In this document: piece by piece, positions 28,070-38,003 of the stretch
How positions within the stretch are numbered: position 1 is the first letter of the stretch
Layout: each line of letters opens with the position of its first letter
Assembly (NCBI GenBank): GCA_963717465.1
Contig: OY970340.1
Span: forward strand, 736,001 to 800,000
Direction: 5' to 3'
Source of the DNA: Candidatus Bathyarchaeota archaeon
GTDB taxonomy: Archaea > Thermoproteota > Bathyarchaeia > Bathyarchaeales > Bathycorpusculaceae
Length of the DNA stretch: 64,000 nt
Translations under genes and position numbers: made by a program
The notes under the pieces: generated by a model
The model's database searches: none
Told to the model about the DNA's origin: nothing
The model's input: the letters and a program-made list of their open reading frames with translations, nothing else

Positions 28070-29247
28070 CGAAAGTAGCTTGCGTTTTCGGAACTAGACC
28101 TGAAATCATAAAGTTTGCGCCAATAATATGGGCAGCAAAAGATTACCAAGAAATTAACCTGCTACTAATACACACAGGTCAACACTATGACTACTCGCTT
28201 AGCGACACTTTCATAAAGGATTTCAACCTTCCCCAGGCTAATTACAACCTCGGAGTTGGCTCTAATTCATCTGTAAGACAGATAGCTCAATCAATTGTTA
28301 AACTAGAAGAAGTACTTTTATGCGAAAAACCCGATGTGCTTCTGATTCAAGGTGACACGAATACTGTTCCTGCGGCAGCACTCGTATCTAGAAATCTGGG
28401 TATTCCCTTATGCCATGTTGAGGCTGGTCTAAGATCATTCAATGAAAGAAGTTGGGAAGAAATCAACCGAAGAATCGCTGACGTCTGTGCACTTTACCAT
28501 TTTGCACCAACTGAATTTGCACGCGCAATCTTGAGGCGACAAGGGATCGATGAAGAAAGAATTTTTGTCACTGGCAATACCATTGTAGATGTAATAGAAA
28601 GAATGCGTAAAAGGCTCTTTATTCCAGAGTTTTTAAAAAAATTTAGTAAGTCTAAAACTGTTCTAATTACAATTCATCGTGCTGAGAACACTGATACAAA
28701 AAACTTGCTTGAAATAATTTCCGCCGTTGAAAAAATAAGTGAAACGTGCAATGTTGTACTTCCGCTTCATCCAAGGGCACGATTGAAAATTGAAGGTGCT
28801 AATCTATTAGGGCGACTTAATCAAGATAGTGTTCTCATAACTGAACCTCTTGATTACGTTACCTTCATTAGTGTTATGGTAAATGTTGATTTGATAATAA
28901 CCGATTCGGGAGGCGTTCAAGAAGAAGCAGCCATATTAGGAAAGCCCACAATTACAACTAGACCGAGTACTCCTCGTTGGGAAACTCTTTTTGAAGGAAA
29001 CAATAGCCTAGCAAACCCGACGAGTGCATCAATTCTTGATGCTTTCACTCTAGCCATCGAAGAAAACAAGCAAAAAAAATCTTCACCAAATCCATATCTA
29101 TTCGGAGAACCTGGAGCGGGGAAAAGAATTGTAAAAATTCTGCTTGATCTCTGCAAGGCTGCAAAATTAGAATATCCATCGCCGGATTTTGCCGGTAAAT
29201 CGTCAGAGCAAATTTTAGATGAATTATGGCGACATGTTAAATGCTGA
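28069..29247 (+). CDS. wecB: UDP-GlcNAc 2-epimerase (non-hydrolysing); apparent non-canonical start
   Basis: In-frame upstream extension KVACVFGTRPEIIK, HTGQHYD, then QGDTNT, HVEAGLRS, TDSGGVQEEA. Confidence 0.88.
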   Translation, partial: TKVACVFGTRPEIIKFAPIIWAAKDYQEINLLLIHTGQHYDYSLSDTFIKDFNLPQANYNLGVGSNSSVRQIAQSIVKLEEVLLCEKPDVLLIQGDTNTVPAAALVSRNLGIPLCHVEAGLRSFNERSWEEINRRIADVCALYHFAPTEFARAILRRQGIDEERIFVTGNTIVDVIERMRKRLFIPEFLKKFSKSKTVLITIHRAENTDTKNLLEIISAVEKISETCNVVLPLHPRARLKIEGANLLGRLNQDSVLITEPLDYVTFISVMVNVDLIITDSGGVQEEAAILGKPTITTRPSTPRWETLFEGNNSLANPTSASILDAFTLAIEENKQKKSSPNPYLFGEPGAGKRIVKILLDLCKAAKLEYPSPDFAGKSSEQILDELWRHVKC

Positions 29248-30695
29248 AAGCTGTAGTTTTTGACCTTGATGACACGCTCTATGATCAATATGAATATCTT
29301 GCAAGTGCTTTTCGAGAATCAGCCAAGTATCTCAGTGCCAGATTGAATTTTAATGAGAATTACCTGTTGGACAGGTTGCTGGAAATATCGCGAACTATAG
29401 GAAGTGATTCAGGAAAAATCATAGATGCACTTATCCAGTCCTTAGGCGAAAACTTGTATGAAAAAGAACTTGCTGACGGAGCTGTCAATTCTTTCTTATC
29501 TTATCGCCCTGCCAAACTAGAAACATACGATGGCGTAAGAAATGTTCTTGAGAGTTTGAAAGCCAAGAATTTTAAAATCGGAGTCTTGACTGATGGAAGA
29601 AGAGAGATACAGATATCAAAGCTGCAAGCTTTATCTATAATTCATTATTTTGATGCTATAGTTACTTCTGATGATTATGGCAGGGAAAAACGTCGACCCG
29701 CCCCCTTCACGTACCATTTGATCTTGCGTAAACTTGAAGTTAAACCCCAAGAATGCGCTTTTGTTGCAGATAATCCGAAAAAAGATTTTATCACAGCAAA
29801 AAAAATTGGGATAATAACCATAAGAACATTAACGGGTGAGTACCAGAACCTGTCTCTTGTAGAAGAGTATGAGGCAGAATATACTATAAACCAAATTCAA
29901 GAATTAATAACAAAAATAAATGTAATAAATAAAATCTCTTTAAGAAAATATTATGAAGAAGTTGGGTCATTCGAAGAAAAAACTTCTACATACGAATCGA
30001 TACTTCCTTCCAAGCAATTTTTTTTCAAAGAACGGTTAAAAACGACTCTAAAAATAGTAAGCAATTTTGAATCGCCTTTCTTAAACATTGGTTGTGGACT
30101 AGGTGTCTATGAAGAAAAAATCAATTTAGAAACAGTTTCAATCGACATTTCCAAGACTTTTCTCAATAAAGCCAAGAAATCAAACAAACAATTAATTGCT
30201 AAGAAAAGCACGAGTTTTATCCAAGCAGACGTAGCTATGTTGCCTTTTAAAGAAGGCGCATTCAAATCTGTACTCTGTTCAGAAGTTATTGAGCATCTTC
30301 CAGATCCTCCATCTGCCTTTAGTGAAATAAGAAGGGTCGCTAAAAACTCATGCCAATGTGTTATTTCAATACCTTCTCCGTACTCATTCGCGGAAAAAGA
30401 AAGACGCAGCCGGTTAAATAAGAACGGTAAATTCAATGATCATATCAGCCTTTTTACCCCAATGAATTTGCGAGAAACATTAAAAGTCAACAACATGAAA
30501 ATAAGCAACGTTAGGTCTACTTTTTTCTTTCCACCTTTCTCTATAGATTTCTTTAACAGGAATCCCAAACTCTTGAGGCTATTCTTGGTTCAGAATATTC
30601 TTGGGCGATTGCCTATAGTGAGGTATCTGGGCTGGTGCTTGATTTATTCTTTGAAACCCACTAAACGCAAAACTGATAAAGCAAAAATTGACTAG
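29241..30695 (+). CDS. HAD hydrolase fused to class I SAM methyltransferase
   Basis: FDLDDTLY, LTDG, VADNPKKD; then LNIGCGLG, CSEVIEHL. Confidence 0.8.
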   Translation: MLKAVVFDLDDTLYDQYEYLASAFRESAKYLSARLNFNENYLLDRLLEISRTIGSDSGKIIDALIQSLGENLYEKELADGAVNSFLSYRPAKLETYDGVRNVLESLKAKNFKIGVLTDGRREIQISKLQALSIIHYFDAIVTSDDYGREKRRPAPFTYHLILRKLEVKPQECAFVADNPKKDFITAKKIGIITIRTLTGEYQNLSLVEEYEAEYTINQIQELITKINVINKISLRKYYEEVGSFEEKTSTYESILPSKQFFFKERLKTTLKIVSNFESPFLNIGCGLGVYEEKINLETVSIDISKTFLNKAKKSNKQLIAKKSTSFIQADVAMLPFKEGAFKSVLCSEVIEHLPDPPSAFSEIRRVAKNSCQCVISIPSPYSFAEKERRSRLNKNGKFNDHISLFTPMNLRETLKVNNMKISNVRSTFFFPPFSIDFFNRNPKLLRLFLVQNILGRLPIVRYLGWCLIYSLKPTKRKTDKAKID

Positions 30696-30706
30696 GAGCT
30701 TGAAAG

Positions 30707-31996
30707 ATGCTGGATCCTTTTTTCTGGGCTTCTTCTTTCTTGATTGATCTATTTTTCACCTTTTCTTTGGTGACGCTGGTTATTTATGCTTCGCTTTATT
30801 ATATTATGTCGTTTGGAGCCCTGAAAAGAAAAAAAGGGATATTGCCGCCTTTACTAACTGATTATCCTTCAGTTTCAATTATTATCCCAATGCATAATGA
30901 AGAGCTTGTTGTTCCAACAACCATGGAGGCTTTGTCGCTTATTGATTATCCTAACTTGAAAGCTGAAATAATCATAGTGGAGGACAGATCAACCGATAAT
31001 ACACCAGAGTTATTGAAAAAATATGTAAACAATTTTCCATTTAAGTTAAAAATAATCTATAGAGAAGAAAACCAGCGAATGGGGAAGGCGGCGGCTTTGA
31101 ATGATGGAATCAACGCATCCGTTGGTGATGTACTTGTCTTCTTTGATGCTGATCATAAACCTGACGTAAATTGCGTCAAGTTACTTGCTTTTAAACTGGT
31201 AAACTCTGGTCCAAAAGTTGCTGCAGTCCAAGGAGTAACTCACTATCTCAACGAGAACGAAAATATTTGCACAAAAATTGTTGCGTTAAACAGAGATCCC
31301 GGATTTGCAGTTTATCTTGAAGCTGGAAAATGTTTGTTTGTTGCAGGTAGCACATTAGCCATTAAAAGAGAGGTTTTAAATAAGGTCGGTCTTTTTAATG
31401 AAAATTCAGTTACGGAAGATACTGATTTAAGCGTACGCCTGTACTTGAACGGTTTTAAGATAGTTTCTGAAAGCAGCGCTTTTTCTTTAGAAGAAGCTGT
31501 TAACAATTTTAAAGCTATGCGAACAAGAACTTATCGCTGGTCACGAGGGCACGACAGGGTTTTACTTGATTACTGGAAGAAAGTACTTGAATCAAAATTG
31601 CCAAAAGCAAGCAAAATTTACTTAGAGTTTTATCTTGCTTACTTTTTGATTCCGGTTGTAACATTCTTTAGCGGTATCCTGTTCCTTCTTAGCATCCTAC
31701 TTGTCTTCCCAATGAAAGCTTTCTTTATTAATTGGACGACGATTCCCTGGTTAATATTTAGCATTTTTTACTTTCTTTATTGTTTTCTTTCTATACCAAC
31801 ATTTTATTGGGTGGGAATCAAACTTACCGGTAGGCGTTTACGCGGCATTTTTGTCTTTTTGTTTGATGTTCTTTATGCTTTTGTCAACATATGGGTTTGT
31901 ACAAGAGCTTTTTTTGATGAACTTTTTAAACGTAAGTATCTTTGGGTTAAGACTCCTAGAAGTGAGACTTTTTATAAAAATAAAAAAGAGAATTAA
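30707..31996 (+). CDS. GT2 family membrane glycosyltransferase
   Basis: IIPMHNEE, DRSTD, GKAAALN, FDADH, TEDTD, RTYRW; TM helices. Confidence 0.9.
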   Translation: MLDPFFWASSFLIDLFFTFSLVTLVIYASLYYIMSFGALKRKKGILPPLLTDYPSVSIIIPMHNEELVVPTTMEALSLIDYPNLKAEIIIVEDRSTDNTPELLKKYVNNFPFKLKIIYREENQRMGKAAALNDGINASVGDVLVFFDADHKPDVNCVKLLAFKLVNSGPKVAAVQGVTHYLNENENICTKIVALNRDPGFAVYLEAGKCLFVAGSTLAIKREVLNKVGLFNENSVTEDTDLSVRLYLNGFKIVSESSAFSLEEAVNNFKAMRTRTYRWSRGHDRVLLDYWKKVLESKLPKASKIYLEFYLAYFLIPVVTFFSGILFLLSILLVFPMKAFFINWTTIPWLIFSIFYFLYCFLSIPTFYWVGIKLTGRRLRGIFVFLFDVLYAFVNIWVCTRAFFDELFKRKYLWVKTPRSETFYKNKKEN

Positions 31997-32167
31997 TCCT
32001 TTTATTTAATTTTTGACGGCTTGCTTATGGTCGACTCAATAGCTAGACGCATTTTTAGTTTTTTTCTCGCAGATTTTTCAGCAGAAGTTTTGTTCAGCTT
32101 TTAGGGAAAAGTTATATACTTGTGAGTGACAAATAAGCACCATTTGTCTGCCAAATGGTGGAATTAA

Positions 32168-32335
32168 ATGAAACCACAAATATACCCGCTTGAAAGCAAG
32201 AAAAGGTGTACTTTTAGAACAAATCGCGTAACATGGTGCCGAAAACTCGCCAAATTCTGTGACGCACCATATGAATACAATACATGCGGCAGCTACGAAC
32301 CGAAGAAAAATCGAAATTTCGAAGGTAATTTCTAA
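32168..32335 (+). CDS. Small Cys-rich protein (55 aa), below ORF-track cutoff
   Basis: MKPQIYPLESKKRCTFRTNRVTWCRKLAKFCDAPYEYNTCGSYEPKK...; GGTGGA RBS; TAATG overlap with next gene. Confidence 0.6.
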   Translation: MKPQIYPLESKKRCTFRTNRVTWCRKLAKFCDAPYEYNTCGSYEPKKNRNFEGNF

Positions 32336-32661
32336 TGGAAGAATTATCCGATAAATCATTGGCTGGCCCTAAAAACCTGTTCATAATTGGAACACAAACT
32401 GGAGACTGCCCAATTTGCAAAAAAACAAAAACCTTACTCATATTGCGCTTCGGCCTTACCCTTTGTAACGAATGCTTGCTCGTTTGCATGAATATATTGG
32501 AAAATCTGCAGTATGGCGTAACTAAAGAATCTCAGAGAAAAAACTCGAGGATTTTTGCACAGGGTAAAAAAACTTCTAAAGTAACTCAGGCTGAAGAAAA
32601 AACAAATCGGATAACGCAATCCAGAATCCCTAAAACTACAAAGAAACGGGAGTCTAAGTAG
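32335..32661 (+). CDS. Zinc-finger hypothetical protein
   Basis: CPIC...CNEC, basic C-terminal tail. Confidence 0.6.
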   Translation: MEELSDKSLAGPKNLFIIGTQTGDCPICKKTKTLLILRFGLTLCNECLLVCMNILENLQYGVTKESQRKNSRIFAQGKKTSKVTQAEEKTNRITQSRIPKTTKKRESK

Positions 32662-33027
32662 AAATTGTCTTATCAACTTTTTAAGCAAACAAAAAATTCC
32701 CTATCGAACTGCCATCATAAAAAATTAGTGAACAAACAAGATCGCTTTCAGCACGATTATTTTAATAGATGCCCATTGGAGTGGTTAGGAAAATTATTGT
32801 TTTTCTTGGGTTTTCCATCAAATTCGTTTGATGGCTACCTTCCCCTTTGGCAGAAAACTCGACCCAAGAAATCGATATTCCAAATAATCACTCATAAAAC
32901 TAGCTGGGGTGTAAAAAATGTTTACGATATAAATATTTAGAATTGCAATTTGTTCTAATAAGAAATAGCTTGCTGTTCGGAATCGAATTAATTTTTATAA
33001 AGACTTTTTGTTATTAAAGTTGATACA

Positions 33028-33225
33028 GTGAGGTGCAAAATATGTTCTGAAAATAATCAGAAAAAGCGTATAGGCGTAATCATGGCTAGCCCATATTTAG
33101 ATGGCATGGCTGTGTTAATCAAGGATGGACTTTACCAAAGTCATACAGAAATCATCAAGGACGCTTTAAGGCGGCTTTTGCTTCATTATAAAATTGCTTT
33201 GATTGAAGAGCCGATTACGAATTAA
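33028..33225 (+). CDS. Ribbon-helix-helix (CopG/Arc/MetJ) protein
   Basis: LIKDGLYQSHTEIIKDALRRLL. Confidence 0.7.
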   Translation: MRCKICSENNQKKRIGVIMASPYLDGMAVLIKDGLYQSHTEIIKDALRRLLLHYKIALIEEPITN

Positions 33226-33241
33226 CCTTTTTCTTCATCTT

Positions 33242-33445
33242 TTATTCATGAGTTTTATTCTTAGATGCACTGCGTCTTTCAGGTGAAACGTTCAAACCAT
33301 GATATTCATAAAGTATTCTTAAAGCGTCTCTTATGGCCTCGTTTCTGCTGTTGTAAACGCCTTTTTCTATCAGCATATTGAGCAACTCCAGGTACCGTTT
33401 TGTCAATCTAATAGTTATTCTTTCTCTCTTGTTTTCCTCCGACAT
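33242..33445 (-). CDS. Ribbon-helix-helix (CopG/Arc/MetJ) protein
   Basis: RITIRL...LIEKGVYNSRNEAIRDALR; ATG 33445 after AGGTG RBS. Confidence 0.82.
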   Translation of the reverse strand: MSEENKRERITIRLTKRYLELLNMLIEKGVYNSRNEAIRDALRILYEYHGLNVSPERRSASKNKTHE

Positions 33446-33687
33446 TTTTCGCACCTTCGAACTTTTTAACTTGACAATTAAATTACCGAAAGCTAAAGAT
33501 AAGTTCATGTCAGACAAATAATCACTCTTTATCTGCCAAAAATTGAAAAGTCGCAAAGCAAGCAATTTGAAAGTGAAGATTTGACTTGTTAAAATCAGTT
33601 TTGCTTTCCAAATATCTAGTGCAAAATGTCTTATATTTTACTTATGCATCAAAGCACATGACGATTCACGATTTTCTTCACGGTGTC

Positions 33688-34302
33688 CTATTTTTTCGAC
33701 ATTAGCACGCGGTAGCCGCTTTCAATGGCAAGAATGGTGCAATTGCCAAAAGTCTCATTAAAAACTGCAGGAAGAGTTTTCCCGCCGATTTTAGATCTTA
33801 TCACCATTTGTAGAGATGATCCAGCAGCCATTACTTTGGGAGCTTGTTTTATAATAGCTTTCACTGTTTCCATTCCTGCACTTACAGGAGGATTGGAAAG
33901 AACGCAATTGAACTTTAAGTCTTCCACTGGCTCATACAAGAAGCCGTAACGCACTTCAGCATTCTTTACCTTGTTTAATTCAAGGTTTTTTCTAGCCAAA
34001 CGTACCGCACGAAAGTTGACATCCGTCAACAGTACATGTAAATTTGGGTTAAAAGCTGCAGCGGCTATTCCTACTACGCCATATCCGCAACCTATGTCTA
34101 AGACACAGCCATTCTTTGGCAGGACCATCGATTCAACAAGTAGCTGCGTGCCTGAGTCAACTTTTTTCTTCGAAAAAACGCTTGATGCAGTCAGAAACTC
34201 AAAATTTTTACTTTTTATGCTGGTTTTAATGATACCAAATTTTTCTTTGGATTTTGGCAAAGAAGAAAAATAGTGTTCCACGCTTCGATTGTTATTACTC
34301 AT
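33688..34302 (-). CDS. RsmC/MTS-like class I SAM methyltransferase
   Basis: EHYFS, VFS..KVD.GT, LDIGCGYG, SNPP. Confidence 0.88.
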   Translation of the reverse strand: MSNNNRSVEHYFSSLPKSKEKFGIIKTSIKSKNFEFLTASSVFSKKKVDSGTQLLVESMVLPKNGCVLDIGCGYGVVGIAAAAFNPNLHVLLTDVNFRAVRLARKNLELNKVKNAEVRYGFLYEPVEDLKFNCVLSNPPVSAGMETVKAIIKQAPKVMAAGSSLQMVIRSKIGGKTLPAVFNETFGNCTILAIESGYRVLMSKK

Positions 34303-35332
34303 TTGCTTTATCGCTTTTCCAAACTTTCGGGTAGGTCCCTCTTTGCATTAGTACCCTTTGCGATGCTGCAACTGCTCCATGTTTTAGATTTTGCATTTCT
34401 TCAGATGATACTAACGATTTTGCTAACGCTACAGCTTCGCCTTTCAAAGTGAAAACGCTAATGATAGAGTCTTTCTGAATCCCAGTTTCAAGCGACAGCA
34501 CACCTGGAGCTGTAAGGTTTGCTCCGTGGCATATTGCATCAACAGCCGAATCTCTAATTGTTACTTTAGGAAGCAAAGCAAGCGCAGTTTCCATAGGCTG
34601 GATGAATTTATGCAGGACTTTTTGATCCTTTTTTTCTTCCCATTCGTTGAAGTAATATTGTACATCATGTAATGTTACTTTAGTACTGCTACTTTCGACG
34701 AATGGTCCTGCACGAGTTCTGCGTAGTTCTTGCATGTGCGCGCCTACGCCTACGACTTCGCCAATGTCAAAACAGAGTTTTCGAATGTATGTTCCTGCTT
34801 CGCAGCCGACTTTGAAGAGCACGTTGCGTCCCGTCAAACTCCAAAAAATCAATATAGTATATTCTTCTGGTTCGGATTTGTCGTTTAACTGAGGACCTCA
34901 ATGGTGGGCGCTGAAAAATCAGGTCTTCAAATTCCTTGAGAACTTGAATTAGTCGCTCCTTGGTTACGTCTCCATGTAGTTTCATTACGCAAACGTATTC
35001 TTTGCCGCTGTAGAGGAGTGCTTGTACGATTTTTGTAGAGTCCTCTAAGGTGACGGGCAGGATGCCGGTTACTTTGGGATTTCTCTGGCTTTATACTAAG
35101 CCTCTAGAGTCCCGCCGTGACCGATGCTCGTTAAATGCATGATTTTTTTTGCCCATGCAGCAACTTCGTGGCTTGTGGGGCCTGCAGGTTTATCTAAATT
35201 TATTATGCCATATTGAATGTATTCTTTTGCTGGCCGTTCTGAAGGCAGGTGCCCGTATTTTGGGTCGGTTGTGGCTTCAGATTTGACGAGCAGTTCGCGT
35301 TTAATGTCCCATGGAGGGATTGTTCTAGGCAT
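34295..35332 (-). CDS. cbf5: H/ACA pseudouridine synthase Cbf5, with intron 35081-35103 and a probable indel error near 34831
   Basis: LDKPAGPTSHEV, GHGGTL[D]PKVTG after splicing, QRPPLRSSVKR, CEAGTYIRKLC, ELRRTR, PUA domain. Confidence 0.93.
35081..35103 (-). other. 23-nt bulge-helix-bulge mRNA intron in cbf5
   Basis: GGGA CTCT AG^A GGCTT agtata AAGCC AGAG AA^A TCCC; removal restores the GAT codon and the reading frame. Confidence 0.9.
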
Positions 35333-35394
35333 CGAATCGTATTCTCCCTTTTGAATAAGAAAAAGATGTTGTTGAGGTAATTAAAGATTGAATA

Positions 35395-35664
35395 TTACGC
35401 GACTTGTTTCATTTCTTCAATTTTACCTGTGGCTTCAAGTGATTTTATTACGTCCTCGTCTGATGCGCCTCGTTTCACGTCGATTTTTTCTTGTAGAGGC
35501 ATCACATGGTTCATGTTAACTCGTCTTCTTTTAACTCCCGTCACTTTTTTTGGTCCAGTGATTAAAATGAAGCTTTTATCCATGATGTCAATTACTACAC
35601 ATTTCTTTCCGTTTTCTCGTCCAGCTTGTTTTATGCATATTCGACCTATTTCAACAGCAGGCAA
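35395..35664 (-). CDS. rpl14e: 50S ribosomal protein L14e
   Basis: IGRICIK.AGRENGKKCVVID...TGP...GVKRRRVN. Confidence 0.95.
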   Translation of the reverse strand: MPAVEIGRICIKQAGRENGKKCVVIDIMDKSFILITGPKKVTGVKRRRVNMNHVMPLQEKIDVKRGASDEDVIKSLEATGKIEEMKQVA

Positions 35665-35755
35665 TTAACTCAGCTCCTTAAACCAATCTATAACAATCAA
35701 TATTTAAGTTTAACAGGTAAAAGGGTTAGCGCGTAGCTTTTCATTTTCTTAAGCC

Positions 35756-37159
35756 TTAAATAAGAAGGGGTGCAGAAAAATACCTGCTTGAAAAAATTAG
35801 CTCATGAACTTTTTTACTAGTTTCATAAAGCACGGTAGCACCGAAAACTAAGTTTTCAACTGAAATTCTTTCATCGATACCATGTTCACGCTTGATTATT
35901 TTCCCGTTAATTGGTGCCTCAGGATACATGGGTTGAAAACCGTAGCATACGCTTCCAGCTTCTCTGAAAAATCGTGAATCAGTTGCACCTGTCATGAGAG
36001 AGGGTGAAACTGTGCATTTGGGTTCAAAATTTCTGAGACCCTCAGCGATAACCTTGTAAAGCGGCGTTTTTAGTGGCGATTCTGAGCCTTCGTATGCTTG
36101 AATAATCTCAAACGATAACTTGTCCAAATCAGCCTCTGAGATTAAATCCTTAATCAAATCCAACGTTTCAGCGATGCTTTGCCCAGGAAGCAACCGGCAA
36201 TCGAAGACGCATTCACATTCGCCGGGAATAATATTCTCTTTTGATCCACCTTGAATAATTGTTGGATTAATAGTCATGCTGATTCTTGAGCGAAGTTCCT
36301 CTGCTAACGGCTTATTCTTCAAAGCTAATTCTTCTAAGATGGTATCGCTTGATTTTGGGTTTGCAAGTAAACGCGAAATAATCTCTTGCAAATCATTATC
36401 TTGTTTGGCGATGACGTCTAAGAACTGTTTTATTGTTGGCACAAACTCAACTTTTGGACGATAACGATCCAGTCTATCAATAACTCTGCACATACGCAAA
36501 ACTGCGTTGTCAGCCATGTTAGGCGTTGAACCATGACCTGGAAAACCTTTTGCTTTAATTTTGAACCATAAGATTCCTTTCTCCGCGGTGTTTATGGTGA
36601 AAACGTTTCCTTTGGCAGTTTTTATAGCTGATCCTCCACCCTCATTGAGGACATAATCAGCAAAAATTTTCTCACGGTGATTGCTTAGCAAGAATTTTGC
36701 TCCTGCCCAGCCCATGTTCTCTTCATCAGCTGTCGCAGCTAACAAGACATCTCCTTTGAGCTTGACGTTATCTTGTTTTAAGAGCTTCAAAGCAACAGTT
36801 TCTATAGCAGTCATGCCTTTCATGTCCAATGCACCTCTGCCCCAAACAAACCCATCCTTTATTACTCCACCAAAAGGGTCAACGCTCCACGCTTTAGCAT
36901 CAGCTCCAACAACATCCAAATGAGAAAGCAAGAGCAAACTAGGTTTTTCTCCAGTACCCTTCAACCGCGTGATCAAGTTGCCTCTTGATGGTGACGATTC
37001 AATAATTTCACACTTAAAACCTGCTTGGCTAAGATGGTTAGCGACAAACTTGGCTGCTTGTGTTTCATTCCCAGGCGGGTTTGTCGTGTTTATTTTGATT
37101 AAATTGCTTAAGAAACCTGTTACTTCTTCTTCGATTTCATCGCGTGAATCAATATGCAT
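35756..37159 (-). CDS. M20/M25/M40 metallopeptidase
   Basis: SHLDVV, GRGALDMKG, ADEE, NEGG, GHGS, GATD, HGIDER. Confidence 0.92.
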   Translation of the reverse strand: MHIDSRDEIEEEVTGFLSNLIKINTTNPPGNETQAAKFVANHLSQAGFKCEIIESSPSRGNLITRLKGTGEKPSLLLLSHLDVVGADAKAWSVDPFGGVIKDGFVWGRGALDMKGMTAIETVALKLLKQDNVKLKGDVLLAATADEENMGWAGAKFLLSNHREKIFADYVLNEGGGSAIKTAKGNVFTINTAEKGILWFKIKAKGFPGHGSTPNMADNAVLRMCRVIDRLDRYRPKVEFVPTIKQFLDVIAKQDNDLQEIISRLLANPKSSDTILEELALKNKPLAEELRSRISMTINPTIIQGGSKENIIPGECECVFDCRLLPGQSIAETLDLIKDLISEADLDKLSFEIIQAYEGSESPLKTPLYKVIAEGLRNFEPKCTVSPSLMTGATDSRFFREAGSVCYGFQPMYPEAPINGKIIKREHGIDERISVENLVFGATVLYETSKKVHELIFSSRYFSAPLLI

Positions 37160-37291
37160 ATTAACTTGTTCAACCTACTTTATTTCGAGCTATATCAACT
37201 TATTGCTAGCAAATAAAAAGTTTATTAAGTTTTTCTCAATACTAAACAATTAAGTTTATATTTTAGCAAAAAATTCATGATATAAAAAAAG

Positions 37292-37807
37292 ATGATAGTC
37301 ATGAAAGAATTGAAACCAATCGACTATAAGCTCTTGTTCGAGTTAATGAAAGACTCGCATAGAAGCGACCGGCAATTAGCTAAAGCCTTAGGTGTTTCTC
37401 AGCCCACAGTAACTCGAAGAAGAGCAATGCTTGAAGAAAACTATATCGAAGGCTACACAGTTATACCAAAGTTCTTCCAAATAGGGTTCGAAATCTCTGC
37501 ATTAACATTTTTCAAAACCACTCTGAAAAAGCAAAAGGGACAAGAAAAAGAAGAATCAATTAAGAAACTAAAAGAATGGTACATGAAACAAACAGGCGTC
37601 GTCCTATGCATGGATGGAATGGGCATGGGGTGGGATTCGATGTGCTTTTCATTCCACCCAAACTACACAAGCTACATCGAGTTCAAAAAATCTCTAGACT
37701 CAGAATTAGATTGGATAATTGAAAGCCAAACTTTCATCGTCAACTTTAGAACTGACACCGTGTTTAAGCCATTCCACATGAAATATTTAACAATGGACAA
37801 GAAATAA
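37292..37807 (+). CDS. Lrp/AsnC family transcriptional regulator
   Basis: SDRQLAKALGVSQPTVTRR HTH, IEGYT.IP. Confidence 0.88.
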   Translation: MIVMKELKPIDYKLLFELMKDSHRSDRQLAKALGVSQPTVTRRRAMLEENYIEGYTVIPKFFQIGFEISALTFFKTTLKKQKGQEKEESIKKLKEWYMKQTGVVLCMDGMGMGWDSMCFSFHPNYTSYIEFKKSLDSELDWIIESQTFIVNFRTDTVFKPFHMKYLTMDKK

Positions 37808-38003
37808 ACTAAGTCCAAACCATTTTTTTATTTTTTCAAAATTTTCCATATTAGGACTGTTTTCATCTTTTAGATTATTAATCAATTATCTCAAATATAA
37901 CAAGTTTCTTGTTCTCTCTTGTTGGAACGCAACTGCAAATATTTTATAGTATATGATGACACAATAATGTAAGCGCTCCCTATCATTGCAAGAGGCAAAA
38001 CAA

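Noticed and set aside
34825..34840. Second cbf5 frame break as another intron or programmed frameshift
   Set aside because: Removing one G from GGG restores FDGRNVLFKV; no BHB or slippery site visible.
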